Assembly: GCA_019634695.1 (NCBI GenBank)
Contig: JAHCAW010000001.1
Coordinates: 115,921-179,920, forward strand
DNA: 64,000 nt
Direction: 5' to 3'
Source of the DNA: Candidatus Sumerlaeia bacterium
Lineage (GTDB): Bacteria; Sumerlaeota; Sumerlaeia; SLMS01; JAHLLQ01
Below the pieces are notes generated by a model. It worked only from the letters and a program-made list of their open reading frames with translations, did not search any database and was not told where the DNA came from. A program made the position numbers and the translations under genes. This document shows, one piece after another, positions 9,843 through 20,103 of this stretch. Within the stretch, counting starts at the first letter, position 1, and the number at the start of each line of letters is the position of its first letter.

Positions 9843-11200
9843 TGCTCCCGGTTGCCATCGTCGGTGGTGCCACGGGGCACGCCAACTTCTGGGCCGACCT
9901 GTGGCGGGTGCTCTCGTTGCAGGATCACAACACGCGCGTGGTCGTGATCGGCACGACGTTGCTGGGCGTGGCGGCGGGCCTGGTCGGCACGTTCCTGCTC
10001 CTGCGGCGCCGCTCGCTCCTGGCTGATGCCGTGAGTCACGCAACACTGCCGGGCATCTGCCTCGCGTTCCTGGTGATGGTGTTGGCGGGAGGGACGGGCA
10101 AGCATCTGCCGCTGCTACTCCTGGGGGCCGGAGTGACCGGCGCCCTCGGGATGCTGACCGTCGTGGCGATTCGTCGCTTCACGCGCCTGAAGGACGACGC
10201 AGCGCTTGGCATCGTGCTGAGTGTCTTCTTCGGCATCGGAATCGCGCTGCTCGGCGTCGTGACGCGCATGCAGCAGGGCAGCGCGGCGGGGCTCCAGTCC
10301 TTCATCTACGGGAAGACAGCTTCGATGCTCTGGCGCGACGCGTTGCTGATCGGCGGCGCGGCGTTCGGCACCATCGTGCTCTGCGTCGCCTTCTTCAAGG
10401 AGTTCTCGCTCGTCTGTTTCGACCCGGGCTTTGCCGAAACGCAGGGCTGGCCGGTGTTTCGGATCGACATCGCGTTGATGACGCTCGTCGTGGTGGTGAC
10501 GGTGATTGGGTTGCAGGCGGTGGGGCTGATCCTGGTGGTGGCGCTGCTGATCATTCCACCGGCCGCGGCGCGATTCTGGACGGACCGACTCGGGCCTATG
10601 ATGACCGGTTCGGCCCTGCTGGGCGGCGCGAGCGGGCTTGTTGGCTCGGGAGCCAGCGCGCTGCTGCCGGACATGCCGGCCGGCGCGGTGATCGTGCTCG
10701 TGGCGACCGGGTTCTTCGCGGCGAGCTTCCTGCTGGGCCGCGCGCGCGGCGTGTTGCCGCGTGCCGTGCGTCACGCGCGCCTGACCGCGCGCATTGGCCG
10801 GCAGAATCTGCTGCGGGCGCTGTACGAGTCCGGCGAGGAGCGCGACGATCACGCCGCGCCGGTGGGGCTGGAGGCGTTGCTCGCGCGCCGGTCGTGGTCG
10901 CGACGTGCGCTGCGTCGGTTGTTGGCCGGCGCGGAGCGCGATCGCCTCGTCGAGCGCGTCAGCGGCGCATGGCGCCTGACGGCCGACGGCATTGCGCAGG
11001 CGCGTCAGGTGTTGCGCAACCATCGCCTGTGGGAGATGTACCTCATCACGCACGCCGACATCGCCCCGAGTCACGTGGACCGCGATGCCGACGCGATCGA
11101 GCATATCCTCGACGCCGGGATGATCCTGCGCCTCGAGGAGCTGATGGCCGGCGAAGCGTTGCGCACCGTGCCGGCCAGTCCGCACGCGGAGGGAACTTGA
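9839..11200 (+). CDS. troC: Metal ABC permease fused to C-terminal DtxR-like domain
   Basis: DAVSHATLPG permease motif; C-terminal LTADG...RNHRLWEMYL...ADAIEH. Confidence 0.88.
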   Translation: MMLPVAIVGGATGHANFWADLWRVLSLQDHNTRVVVIGTTLLGVAAGLVGTFLLLRRRSLLADAVSHATLPGICLAFLVMVLAGGTGKHLPLLLLGAGVTGALGMLTVVAIRRFTRLKDDAALGIVLSVFFGIGIALLGVVTRMQQGSAAGLQSFIYGKTASMLWRDALLIGGAAFGTIVLCVAFFKEFSLVCFDPGFAETQGWPVFRIDIALMTLVVVVTVIGLQAVGLILVVALLIIPPAAARFWTDRLGPMMTGSALLGGASGLVGSGASALLPDMPAGAVIVLVATGFFAASFLLGRARGVLPRAVRHARLTARIGRQNLLRALYESGEERDDHAAPVGLEALLARRSWSRRALRRLLAGAERDRLVERVSGAWRLTADGIAQARQVLRNHRLWEMYLITHADIAPSHVDRDADAIEHILDAGMILRLEELMAGEALRTVPASPHAEGT

Positions 11201-11203
11201 GTC

Positions 11204-12535
11204 ATGCCCTCGTGGTGGATTCCGGAGATCGACGGATGGATCGTCGCGGCGGCGGCGCTGAGCGCGATGTCGTGCGCGCTGCTCGGTAACTTCCTGGTGC
11301 TGCGACGCCTGAGCATGATGGGCGACGCGCTCAGCCATGCCGCGCTTCCGGGACTCGTTGTCGCGTTCCTGCTGGTGGGCAGCCGCGATTCGCTGCCGAT
11401 GTTTCTCGGCGCGCTGGCGATCGGCATCGTCACGGCGATGCTGGTGCAGGCGGTCACGCGCTTCGGCCAGCTCGACGAAGGCGCCTCGATGGGCGTGGTC
11501 TTCACGGCGCTCTTCGCGATCGGGTTGGTGTTGATCGAACGGGTCGCGCACGCCGGCGGGGTGGACTTGGACCCGTCGTGCGTGCTGTATGGTGCGGTGG
11601 AGAACGCGCCGCTCGACACGGTGCTCGTGCTCGGGCGCGAGCTGCCGCGCAGCGTCCTCGCCAACGGTGGGATGCTCGCCCTCAACGGCCTGTTCGTCGC
11701 GTTGTTCTACAAGGAGCTGAAGATCGCCTCCTTCGATCCGGCGTTGGCGACGACGCAGGGGATCAACGCGCAGGCGATGCACTACGCGCTGATGAGCCTC
11801 GTGGCCGCCACCGTCGTCACCGCCTTCTGGACGGTCGGCAGCATCCTGGTGATCGCGATGCTGATCGTGCCGGGCGCGACGGCGTTCCTGCTGACCGGGC
11901 GGCTGCTGCCGATGATCCTGCTCAGTCTCGTGGCAGCCGGGCTCGCCGCGTTCCTTGGCCACCTCGGGGCCGTCGAGATTCCCGCGCGCTTTGGATTCGA
12001 GCCGACCTCGACCTCGGGCATGATGGCCGCCGTGTCGGGCGCGGTGTTCGCCGCGGCGGTGATCTTCTCGCCGCGCGAGGGTGTCGTCGTGCGCACGGCG
12101 CGTCGCCTGCGCCTCGGGCTCGAGCTCACGCGCGACGATCTGCTCGGGCAACTGTACCGCACGCACGAGGCGGCGGCCGGCGCGGGGCTGCCTCCAGCCG
12201 CGGCGCCGCCCAGAGTGGCGCGCGGCGGCCTCGGCGTGGCGCTGGCCACGCGATGGTTGCTCTGGCGCCGCGAGGCACGGCGCCAGCGCGACGGCCTGCA
12301 TCTGACCGAGCGCGGCCTGCGTCACGCCCGACGCCTTGTCCGCACCCATCGTCTCTGGGAAGGCTATCTCGTCGAACGCGCCGGTCTGAAAACCGACCAC
12401 GTGCACGACGCGGCGCACCTGCTCGAGCACGTCACCGACGACGCCATGCGCCACCGGCTCGCCCAGCTCACCGGCACTCCCGAACAGGATCCGCACCGTC
12501 GCCCGATTCCGCCCGAGTTGGACGATGAAACGTGA
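11204..12535 (+). CDS. troD: Metal ABC permease fused to C-terminal DtxR-like domain
   Basis: DALSHAALPG; C-terminal RTHRLWEGYL...AHLLEH...DPHRRPIP. Confidence 0.88.
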   Translation: MPSWWIPEIDGWIVAAAALSAMSCALLGNFLVLRRLSMMGDALSHAALPGLVVAFLLVGSRDSLPMFLGALAIGIVTAMLVQAVTRFGQLDEGASMGVVFTALFAIGLVLIERVAHAGGVDLDPSCVLYGAVENAPLDTVLVLGRELPRSVLANGGMLALNGLFVALFYKELKIASFDPALATTQGINAQAMHYALMSLVAATVVTAFWTVGSILVIAMLIVPGATAFLLTGRLLPMILLSLVAAGLAAFLGHLGAVEIPARFGFEPTSTSGMMAAVSGAVFAAAVIFSPREGVVVRTARRLRLGLELTRDDLLGQLYRTHEAAAGAGLPPAAAPPRVARGGLGVALATRWLLWRREARRQRDGLHLTERGLRHARRLVRTHRLWEGYLVERAGLKTDHVHDAAHLLEHVTDDAMRHRLAQLTGTPEQDPHRRPIPPELDDET

Positions 12536-12646
12536 CGCCTGCGATGGGCACGTTCGATTAGCCACGCCCAACGAATTAAGAGATCGCCTTAACCGGCGGG
12601 GTGGCGCACCCTGCGTATGCAGGTGCACGGAAGGAGCGTTGTCGCC

Positions 12647-14551
12647 ATGAGTCCCAGCCCGCGAGTCGCCCCGACGGGATGGCCGTTGTGGAAGTGGCAG
12701 TTCGCGCACGCCGCGGTCTGTTTGCTGGCGCTTGCGGCCGGCTGGGCGTTGGAAGGTGTCGCGCCGGTGGCGGCGTGGGTGTTGCTCGGAATCAGCTTCC
12801 TTGCGGGCGCGCGCTATCCGATGGTGGAGGCGCTCGAGAGTCTGCGCGAGCTGACGCTCGACGTGGACACGCTGATGCTGTTGGTGGCGGGCGGCGCGGT
12901 CGCGCTCGGGCATCCGGAGGAGGGCGCCTTCCTGCTCGTGCTGTTCACGGCGAGTCGCGCGATGGAGTCCTACGCCGAGGCGCGCACGAAGTCGGCGCTC
13001 GAGGAGTTGACGACCGAGTTCCCGCAGCGTGCATGGCGCGTGGTGGGCGACGGCGAGGAGGAGATTGCCGTCGATTCGCTGGTGGCGGGCGACCGCATTC
13101 GCGTGCGGCCCGGCGAGTACGTGCCCGTGGACTGCATCGTCGTGCAGGGGCAGAGCACCGCCGACGTCGCGGCGCTGACCGGCGAGGAGGAGCCGCTGGC
13201 GCTCGACGCGGGCGTCGAGGTGCCGTCGGGTGCGGTCAATGGCATGGGCCTGATCGTCGCGGAGGTGCTGCGCCCCGCCGCCGAGAGCGCGTATCAGAAG
13301 ATTCTGAACCTGATTCGTCACGCGCCGGAGCGCCGCTCGCCCGCGCAGGACCTGAGCGACCGCGCCGGCCGCTTCTTCACGTGGGGGATTCTGGCGGCTG
13401 CTGTCGGCGGATTCTTGTGGTGGTGGCGCGTGACCGGTCTGGCGGCCGACGTGGCGATGTATCGCGCGATGGCGTTGCTCGTGGCGGGTTCTCCCTGCGC
13501 GCTCGTGCTGTCGGTGCCCAGTGGTGTGCTCGCGGCGATCACGGCGGGCGCGCGTCGCGGCATCCTGTTCCATGGCGGGCGCGGCCTGATGGGCGCGGCG
13601 ACGGTTCGCACGATCGCGTTCGACAAGACGGGCACGCTGACGACCGGCGAGCCGACCGTGCGCGAGGTCACCGGCGGCCCGGACGCCGCCGCGTTGCGCG
13701 TGGCGCTCGCGCTGGCGTCGTCCTCGACGCATCCCGCTTCGCGTGCAGTGCGCACCTGGCTCGAAGGACAGGGCATCGAGGCCGAGCCTGGGATCGTGAG
13801 AGACATCACCGAGGTGCCCGGCGAGGGCATGCGCGGTACGTTTGCAGATGTTGAGGTGCGGTTGGGTCGCCATGCCGCGGGCACCGATGCCGATGATGGG
13901 CATCCGTCCGTCGTGCTGTCGCACGCGGGGCGGGCGCTTGCGCGCTTCGTCCTGCAGGAGACGTTGCGCCCGTCGGCGTCTTGTCTGGCGGCGTTGCTGC
14001 GGGCGCGCGGCTTGCGAATCGTGTTGCTGAGTGGCGACCGGCCCGCCACGGCCGAGCGTCTGGCCGCATCCGTCGGAATCACGGAGGCGCGTGGCGGGCT
14101 GGCACCCGAGGACAAGTATCGTCTGATCGACGAGGCGCGTGGCGCGGGTGCCGTGATGATGGTGGGCGACGGGGTCAACGACGCGCCGGCGCTGGCACGC
14201 GCCGACGTGGGCGTCGCGATGGGAATGCGCGGCAGCGCGGCGGCGCTGGCGCAGGCCGACATCGTGCTCGTCAAGGATCGCCTCGGCGACCTGCCGGCCG
14301 CCCTGGCGCTCAGCCGTCACGCGCGGCGGATCATTCACCAGAACATCGCCATCGCGGTCGGTGCGGCGGCGATCCTGGTCGCCTTCGCGCTGGCCGGCAG
14401 GCTGCCGCTCGCGCTCGGCGTGCTCGGCCACGAGGGGGGCACGGTGCTGGTTGTGCTCAACAGTCTGCGGCTGCTCGCGTTTCGCGCGGACGACCACCGG
14501 ATCGAACCGGTGGCGGCAACGGCGGTGCCGACGCGCCTGCCCGAGTCCTGA
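12647..14551 (+). CDS. Heavy-metal P1B-type ATPase (P1B-4 signature)
   Basis: TGE, SPC, DKTGT, GDGVNDAP, HEGGT; AAGGAG RBS. Confidence 0.92.
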   Translation: MSPSPRVAPTGWPLWKWQFAHAAVCLLALAAGWALEGVAPVAAWVLLGISFLAGARYPMVEALESLRELTLDVDTLMLLVAGGAVALGHPEEGAFLLVLFTASRAMESYAEARTKSALEELTTEFPQRAWRVVGDGEEEIAVDSLVAGDRIRVRPGEYVPVDCIVVQGQSTADVAALTGEEEPLALDAGVEVPSGAVNGMGLIVAEVLRPAAESAYQKILNLIRHAPERRSPAQDLSDRAGRFFTWGILAAAVGGFLWWWRVTGLAADVAMYRAMALLVAGSPCALVLSVPSGVLAAITAGARRGILFHGGRGLMGAATVRTIAFDKTGTLTTGEPTVREVTGGPDAAALRVALALASSSTHPASRAVRTWLEGQGIEAEPGIVRDITEVPGEGMRGTFADVEVRLGRHAAGTDADDGHPSVVLSHAGRALARFVLQETLRPSASCLAALLRARGLRIVLLSGDRPATAERLAASVGITEARGGLAPEDKYRLIDEARGAGAVMMVGDGVNDAPALARADVGVAMGMRGSAAALAQADIVLVKDRLGDLPAALALSRHARRIIHQNIAIAVGAAAILVAFALAGRLPLALGVLGHEGGTVLVVLNSLRLLAFRADDHRIEPVAATAVPTRLPES

Positions 14552-14716
14552 CGCGGCCGGGCCGGCAAGTGGTCGGATGCCGGCGGAAGGCCCACCGCCG
14601 GAGCCCGCGCACGCATCCGGTTCCGAAATGGCCTTGTTTCTCGCCCGCAGACTGGCCTAGCGTGCGCGGGCGGTTGGTTCGATTCGCCTCTGCCGGCTCC
14701 GGACAGTCTTCGCCCC

Positions 14717-15460
14717 GTGACGACCCTGCCCATCCACATCCTGCCGCAACCCAACGACACGACGTGCGGCCCGACGTGTCTGCATGCGGTCTATCGCTAC
14801 TTCGGCGACGAGGTGGACCTGGACGAGATCATCCACGGGACCGAACGCATCGAGGGCGGGGGGACGTTGTCGCCGTTTCTGGGGATTCACGCCCTGCGGC
14901 GCGGCTATGACGCCACCCTCTTCTCATACAACCTTAATGTCTTCGACCCGACGTGGTTCAGCCCGGACGTGCCGGACCTTGCCGAGCGCCTGGAGGCGCG
15001 GGCGCGCCACAAGCAGAGCACAAAGATGCGGGCGGCGATTCGCGCCTATCGCGAGTTCCTTGCGCTGGGCGGCAAGATTCGCATGGAGGACCTCAGCCCG
15101 GGACTGCTGCGCCGCTACCTGCGCAAGAACGTCCCGATCCTGACCGGTCTGAGTGCCACGTACCTCTACCGCATCCCGCGCGAGTTCGGGCCCAAGGACG
15201 ACTACGACGACATCAAGGGCGACCCGTCGGGGCACTTCGTCGTGCTGGCCGGCATCGACACCGAGTCGGGCGAGGTCGCCATCGCCGATCCCCTGTTCCC
15301 GAATCCCACATTCGAGAAGCAACAGCGCTACCGCATCCCGCTGGCCCGCGTGGTCACGGCGATCCTGCTTGGTGTAATGACCTACGACGCCAACCTGCTG
15401 ATCCTGACGAACAAGGCGCAGGCGTCCGCCTCCCGGATTCTCGGAGACACCCTGTCATGA
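14717..15460 (+). CDS. Peptidase C39-like protein
   Basis: QPNDTTCGPTCL, GHFVV, IADP (Cys-His-Asp). Confidence 0.8.
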   Translation: MTTLPIHILPQPNDTTCGPTCLHAVYRYFGDEVDLDEIIHGTERIEGGGTLSPFLGIHALRRGYDATLFSYNLNVFDPTWFSPDVPDLAERLEARARHKQSTKMRAAIRAYREFLALGGKIRMEDLSPGLLRRYLRKNVPILTGLSATYLYRIPREFGPKDDYDDIKGDPSGHFVVLAGIDTESGEVAIADPLFPNPTFEKQQRYRIPLARVVTAILLGVMTYDANLLILTNKAQASASRILGDTLS

Positions 15461-16941
15461 AGAACATCGTGGTGGTCGAAGACCCACGCGACTGGTCCTT
15501 GCCATCTTCCGACGTCGAAACCGTCTCCGCTCAGGAGTACCTGACCCGTCCCGATTTCGCCCAGACGAAGGGCACGCGCGTCTTCAACCTCTGCCGGTCG
15601 TATCGCTATCAGACGATGGGCTACTATGTGTCGCTGCTGGCGGCGGCGCGCGGGCACAAGCCGCTCCCGTCGGTCTCGACGATCGTGGACTTCTCGCTCG
15701 TGGCGCTGCACCGCCTGGCCGGCGAGGAAGTCCAGGAGCTGATCGACAAGGCGATGGCGCCGTTGCAGTCGGACCGCTTCACGCTGTCGATCTACTTCGG
15801 GCGCAACGTGGCGAAGCGCTACGACAGGCTGTCGACGCGCATCTTTCGGCTGTTCCCGGCGCCGCTGATCCGCTGCACGCTGGCACGCGAGGAAGGGCGC
15901 TGGCGACTCAAGAGCATCAAGCCGATCCCGTTGAGCGACATCCCCGACGACCACCTCGACACGCTGCGCGGCTTCGCCGCCGAGTTCTTCGCCGGAAAGA
16001 GCATGCCGGCCGCACAGGCCGACCTCGGTTCCTCCTCGCGGTTCCACATGGCGATCCTCGTCAATCCCGACGAGCCGGAGGCACCCTCCGATCCAAAGGC
16101 CATCGCACGATTCCGGCGCGCGGCCGAGAAAGCCGGCATCTCCAGCGAAGTCATCACCAAGGACGACTACGGCCGCATCGCCGAGTTCGACGCCCTGTTC
16201 ATCCGCGAGACCACCAACGTCAATCACCACACGTTCCGCTTCGCCCGCCGGTCCCAGGCGGAAGGGCTCGTCGTCATCGACGACCCGGACTCGATCCTGC
16301 GTTGCTCGAACAAGGTCTTCCTTGCCGAGCTGCTGACGCGCGCGCGCATTCCGACGCCGCGCACGGTGATCGGCCATCGCGGCAATCTGGACTCGCTGCC
16401 GGACCTGATCGGCCTGCCGTGCATCCTCAAGCAACCCGACAGCGCCTTCTCTCGCGGCGTCGTCAAGGTGGACAGCCGCGAACAACTCGTCGAGCGCGCC
16501 CGCGCGCTGCTGAAGGAATCCGATCTGTTCATTGCGCAGGAGTTCATGCCGACCGAATACGACTGGCGCGTCGGCGTCATCGACGGCGAGCCGCTCTTCG
16601 CCTGCCGCTATCACATGGCGCGCAAGCACTGGCAGGTCGTCCATCGCGACGAGGGCAACGGCAAGGCCTCGTGGGGCAAGACGGAGACCGTGCCGCTGTG
16701 GAACGTGCCGCCGCACGTCGTGCAGACCGCCCTGCAGGCCTGCGCGCAGGTGGGCACGGGACTCTATGGCGTGGACCTGAAGGAAGTGAACGGCAAGTGC
16801 TACGTCATGGAAGTGAACGACAATCCCGACATCAACGCCGGCGACGAGGACGCCTTCGCCAAGGACGACCTGTACACCCGCATCATCGCCGCCTTCCTGC
16901 GGCGGCTCGAGAAGAGCAAGGAGGGCAAGGCCGCCAAATGA
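15457..16941 (+). CDS. RimK-like ATP-grasp ligase with N-terminal RLAN-type domain
   Basis: NLCRSYRYQTMGYYVSLLAAARGH; LKQPDSAFSRGV; YGVDLK; EVNDNP. Confidence 0.88.
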   Translation: MKNIVVVEDPRDWSLPSSDVETVSAQEYLTRPDFAQTKGTRVFNLCRSYRYQTMGYYVSLLAAARGHKPLPSVSTIVDFSLVALHRLAGEEVQELIDKAMAPLQSDRFTLSIYFGRNVAKRYDRLSTRIFRLFPAPLIRCTLAREEGRWRLKSIKPIPLSDIPDDHLDTLRGFAAEFFAGKSMPAAQADLGSSSRFHMAILVNPDEPEAPSDPKAIARFRRAAEKAGISSEVITKDDYGRIAEFDALFIRETTNVNHHTFRFARRSQAEGLVVIDDPDSILRCSNKVFLAELLTRARIPTPRTVIGHRGNLDSLPDLIGLPCILKQPDSAFSRGVVKVDSREQLVERARALLKESDLFIAQEFMPTEYDWRVGVIDGEPLFACRYHMARKHWQVVHRDEGNGKASWGKTETVPLWNVPPHVVQTALQACAQVGTGLYGVDLKEVNGKCYVMEVNDNPDINAGDEDAFAKDDLYTRIIAAFLRRLEKSKEGKAAK

Positions 16942-18170
16942 CCGCACCGCTCCACCTGTTCGAGGCCACCGGCGTCGAGCTCGAGTACATGATCGTCGAC
17001 CGGACCTCGCTCGAGGTGAAGCCGGTCTGCGATGCCCTGATGGAAGCCGCCGCGGGCGAGCCCGTGTCCGACGTGGACCGCGGCCCGCTGTCCTGGTCCA
17101 ACGAGCTGGCGCTCCACGTCGTCGAGCTGAAGACCAACGGCCCGGCCGCCACGCTCGACGGGCTCGCCGCGCACTTCCATGCGCAGACGCGCGAGATCGA
17201 TGGCCTCCTCGAGCCGCTCGCCGCGCGCCTCATGCCCGGCGCCATGCACCCGTGGATGGATCCCCACACGCAGACGCGCCTGTGGCCGCACGAGAACGGC
17301 CCGATCTACCAGGCCTACGACCGCATCTTCGACTGCCGCGGGCATGGGTGGTCCAACGTCCAGAGCACGCACATCAACCTGCCCTTCGCCGGCGACGACG
17401 AGTTCGGCCGCCTGCACGCCGCGATTCGCCTGGTGCTGCCGATCCTGCCCGCCCTCGCGGCGAGTTCGCCCTTCGTCGACGGCCGCCCCACGGGCCTGCT
17501 CGACAATCGCCTCGACTTCTATCGCAACAACGAACGCCGACTGCCTGCCGTGCCCGGCCGCATTATCCCCGAGCAGGTCTTCACCGAAGCGGACTACTTC
17601 GAGCAGATTTACCGCCGCATCGACGCGGAGATCGCGCGAAACGATCCCGACAGCGTCCTCAACCACAACTTCCTGAACAGCCGCGGCGCGATCGCACGCT
17701 TCGATCGCGGGGCGATCGAGATTCGCCTGCTCGACATCCAGGAGTGTCCGCACGCGGACCTCGCAATCGTCGGCCTCGTCGTCGCCCTGGTGCGATCCCT
17801 TGTCGAGGAGCGCACGAGCTCGACCGCCGACCAGCGTCGCGCGTCCATCGACGCGCTCGCGCCGATTCTCGACGCCTGCATTCGCGAGGCGGACGGCGCG
17901 GTCGTCGCCGCTACGGACTACCTGCGCCTGCTGGGTCTGCCGCCCGCGCCCATCGCGGCGGGGCAGGTGTGGCGGCTGGTGGCCGAGCGACTCGACGGCG
18001 TGCCGGCCGAATGCGGCGCGGCGCTCGAGACCATCCTCGCGCATGGGACGCTCGCGCGCCGGATGCTGCACGCCGTGCCCGCACAGCCCACGCGCGCGGA
18101 CCTCGCCGCCCTGCAAGCCCGGCTGTGCGCCTGTCTCGTGGCCGGCACCGCCTTCGTTCCCGACGCGTGA
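16938..18170 (+). CDS. Glutamate-cysteine ligase (GCS2) family carboxylate-amine ligase
   Basis: GVELEYMIVD, GAMHPWM, STHIN, ASSPF, RGAIARFDRGAIEIR. Confidence 0.85.
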   Translation: MTAPLHLFEATGVELEYMIVDRTSLEVKPVCDALMEAAAGEPVSDVDRGPLSWSNELALHVVELKTNGPAATLDGLAAHFHAQTREIDGLLEPLAARLMPGAMHPWMDPHTQTRLWPHENGPIYQAYDRIFDCRGHGWSNVQSTHINLPFAGDDEFGRLHAAIRLVLPILPALAASSPFVDGRPTGLLDNRLDFYRNNERRLPAVPGRIIPEQVFTEADYFEQIYRRIDAEIARNDPDSVLNHNFLNSRGAIARFDRGAIEIRLLDIQECPHADLAIVGLVVALVRSLVEERTSSTADQRRASIDALAPILDACIREADGAVVAATDYLRLLGLPPAPIAAGQVWRLVAERLDGVPAECGAALETILAHGTLARRMLHAVPAQPTRADLAALQARLCACLVAGTAFVPDA

Positions 18171-18440
18171 TGAAGATCCGTTCTTCGTGGTTCGTTGTTC
18201 GTGGTTCGAGCTGCGCCGGAATCAACCCCACTCGGAACAGCCCAACGCATGGCGTCAGGCCAATCGCCGCACCACACGAACAGGGCTGCCGTGGTTTCAG
18301 GCGTCGAGAACAAAATCGATCCGCATGACAAGTCCGTCTCCGCAATCGAGTTGACAACCCACCGAGGCATGACCACAATGTCGAGTGGAAGGGGCACCGG
18401 GGTTTTCGACAGTGCCGCGGATGCCGATTGGGGAATACCG

Positions 18441-20045
18441 ATGCGGATCGGGCTGCCGCCCGACTCGGGGCTGCTTGAGCACATTCAGGCGGCGTGCTGC
18501 CTCCTGCTGCTCGCGGTGCTCGCTGTCTTCCTGCTCTGTTTCCCGTACGGAGCAGACCAGGCGATCTTCGCGCTGGCGGCCCGCGCCGTCCTCGATGGAC
18601 GCGTGCCCTACCTCGAAGTCTGGGACCTCAAGCCCCCCGGCGTCTTCCTCTTCTACATGCTGGCGGACGTCTGCTTCGGCGGCGCACAGGTCGGCATTCG
18701 CGTCATCGAGCTGGCCTGCCATGCGGCGTTCGGCATCGCGGCGGTGCGACTGACGCGGGGCCACTCGAATGGTTTGCCGGGCTTGATCGCCGTCACGCTG
18801 GGGCTGCACACGGCCGTGCTGATGGGATACTGGCACACGGCCCAGTCGGAGACCTTCGCCGGATTCCTTGTCTTCGCGGCAGTGGGCGTGCTCTTTCCGG
18901 AATTGTGCAATCGGCCGTCGGCGGGCGCCTTTAGGCGTCGCCTCGTTGTGGCGGGACTGGCCACCGGGTTGTGCGGACTGATCAAGCCGTTCCATGTCCT
19001 GCCCGGTTTCGTCTGCATGGCGTGGGCCATCGGCATCCGCGCGCGGCATGCGGGGCGCGCGGCATGGCATCGCGAGTGGCCGCACGCGGCGATTGCCGTG
19101 CTTGTACCGCCGGTGCTCGTGCTGGGTTTCGTCGCGGCGCGGGGCGGATGGGGCTCGTTTCTCGAGACGCTGTTCACGATCGCGCCGGCCGTTCACGCCG
19201 AGGGCCTGCATGCGCACGGCTTCGGCGAGGTCTTGGTGCACACCGCCCGGCAGGCGGTGCTGTTCTTCCCGGTGCCGTTGTTGGCGGGGGGCGTGGCGTA
19301 TGCCGTGCTTGCGCGGCGCGCCGGCGGCCCCGATGCGCGGCTGCTGCTGGCGCTGTTCGGCGCGCTGCTCTTCGACGTCGCCATTCAGGGAAAGCTGTAC
19401 CCCTACCACTTTCAGATCGTCGTGCCGGCGTTGGCGCTCGTTGCAGGGCTGGGGTGGTGGCTCTGGTTTCATCGCCTGCAATCCCTGCGCATGCAGGCGG
19501 TGCTTGTGTGTGTCTTCTTCGCCAGCTTCTTCGTCGGCACGGCGCAGCACGATCATCTCGACGACTCGTGGCTTCAGTCCGGCGTGGCCACGGTCTCGGC
19601 GCGGCTGGTGCGGCGGGCCGGGTCCGACGCCGTTCCCGCGCTCGAGACATGGCCCAGCGCACGCGAGGACCTGCGCCGCGTCGGACACTTCCTGCGCCGG
19701 CACACCGAACCCGTCGACGCGATTCAGGTCATCGGTTTCGATCCCTTGGTCTACGTGCACGCGGACCGCCCCTGCGCGACGCGCTTCATCACGACGGTGC
19801 CCGTTCGCCTGACCGCCACGCAGGCCGACTGGACGCCGCGCCTGCTGGCCGAGTTGCACGCCCGGCCACCCGCCGCCATCGTCACCGTGCGCCACGATCG
19901 CATGCCGCACATGCTCGACAACGACCTGACGGGCGCGGAGACCCTGCGTCAGCGTCCCGCTCTGATGCGCTTCCTCGCCGAGCACTACTATCTCGCGCGC
20001 GTCCTGCCCGCGCACGAGGTCTTTCTCCGCAACACGAGCGACTGA
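18441..20045 (+). CDS. GT-C-like membrane glycosyltransferase
   Basis: DQAIF...PYLEVWDLKPPG, many TMs, YPYHF; start uncertain. Confidence 0.7.
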   Translation: MRIGLPPDSGLLEHIQAACCLLLLAVLAVFLLCFPYGADQAIFALAARAVLDGRVPYLEVWDLKPPGVFLFYMLADVCFGGAQVGIRVIELACHAAFGIAAVRLTRGHSNGLPGLIAVTLGLHTAVLMGYWHTAQSETFAGFLVFAAVGVLFPELCNRPSAGAFRRRLVVAGLATGLCGLIKPFHVLPGFVCMAWAIGIRARHAGRAAWHREWPHAAIAVLVPPVLVLGFVAARGGWGSFLETLFTIAPAVHAEGLHAHGFGEVLVHTARQAVLFFPVPLLAGGVAYAVLARRAGGPDARLLLALFGALLFDVAIQGKLYPYHFQIVVPALALVAGLGWWLWFHRLQSLRMQAVLVCVFFASFFVGTAQHDHLDDSWLQSGVATVSARLVRRAGSDAVPALETWPSAREDLRRVGHFLRRHTEPVDAIQVIGFDPLVYVHADRPCATRFITTVPVRLTATQADWTPRLLAELHARPPAAIVTVRHDRMPHMLDNDLTGAETLRQRPALMRFLAEHYYLARVLPAHEVFLRNTSD

Positions 20046-20052
20046 AAACGAA

Positions 20053-20079
20053 ACCGGACTCCCGCGCGGGGAGTCCGGT
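20053..20079. terminator. Hairpin between convergent genes
   Basis: accggactccc-gcgcg-gggagtccggt, 11-bp stem, A-run on the left. Confidence 0.7.
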
Positions 20080-20103
20080 CGCATCGCCTTTCGCTCGGCT
20101 GCA

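Noticed and set aside
10115-14497. 1460-aa minus-strand ORF and many other long Arg/Ala/Pro-rich ORFs
   Set aside because: Antisense or off-frame shadows of well-supported genes in high-GC DNA; no recognisable motifs.
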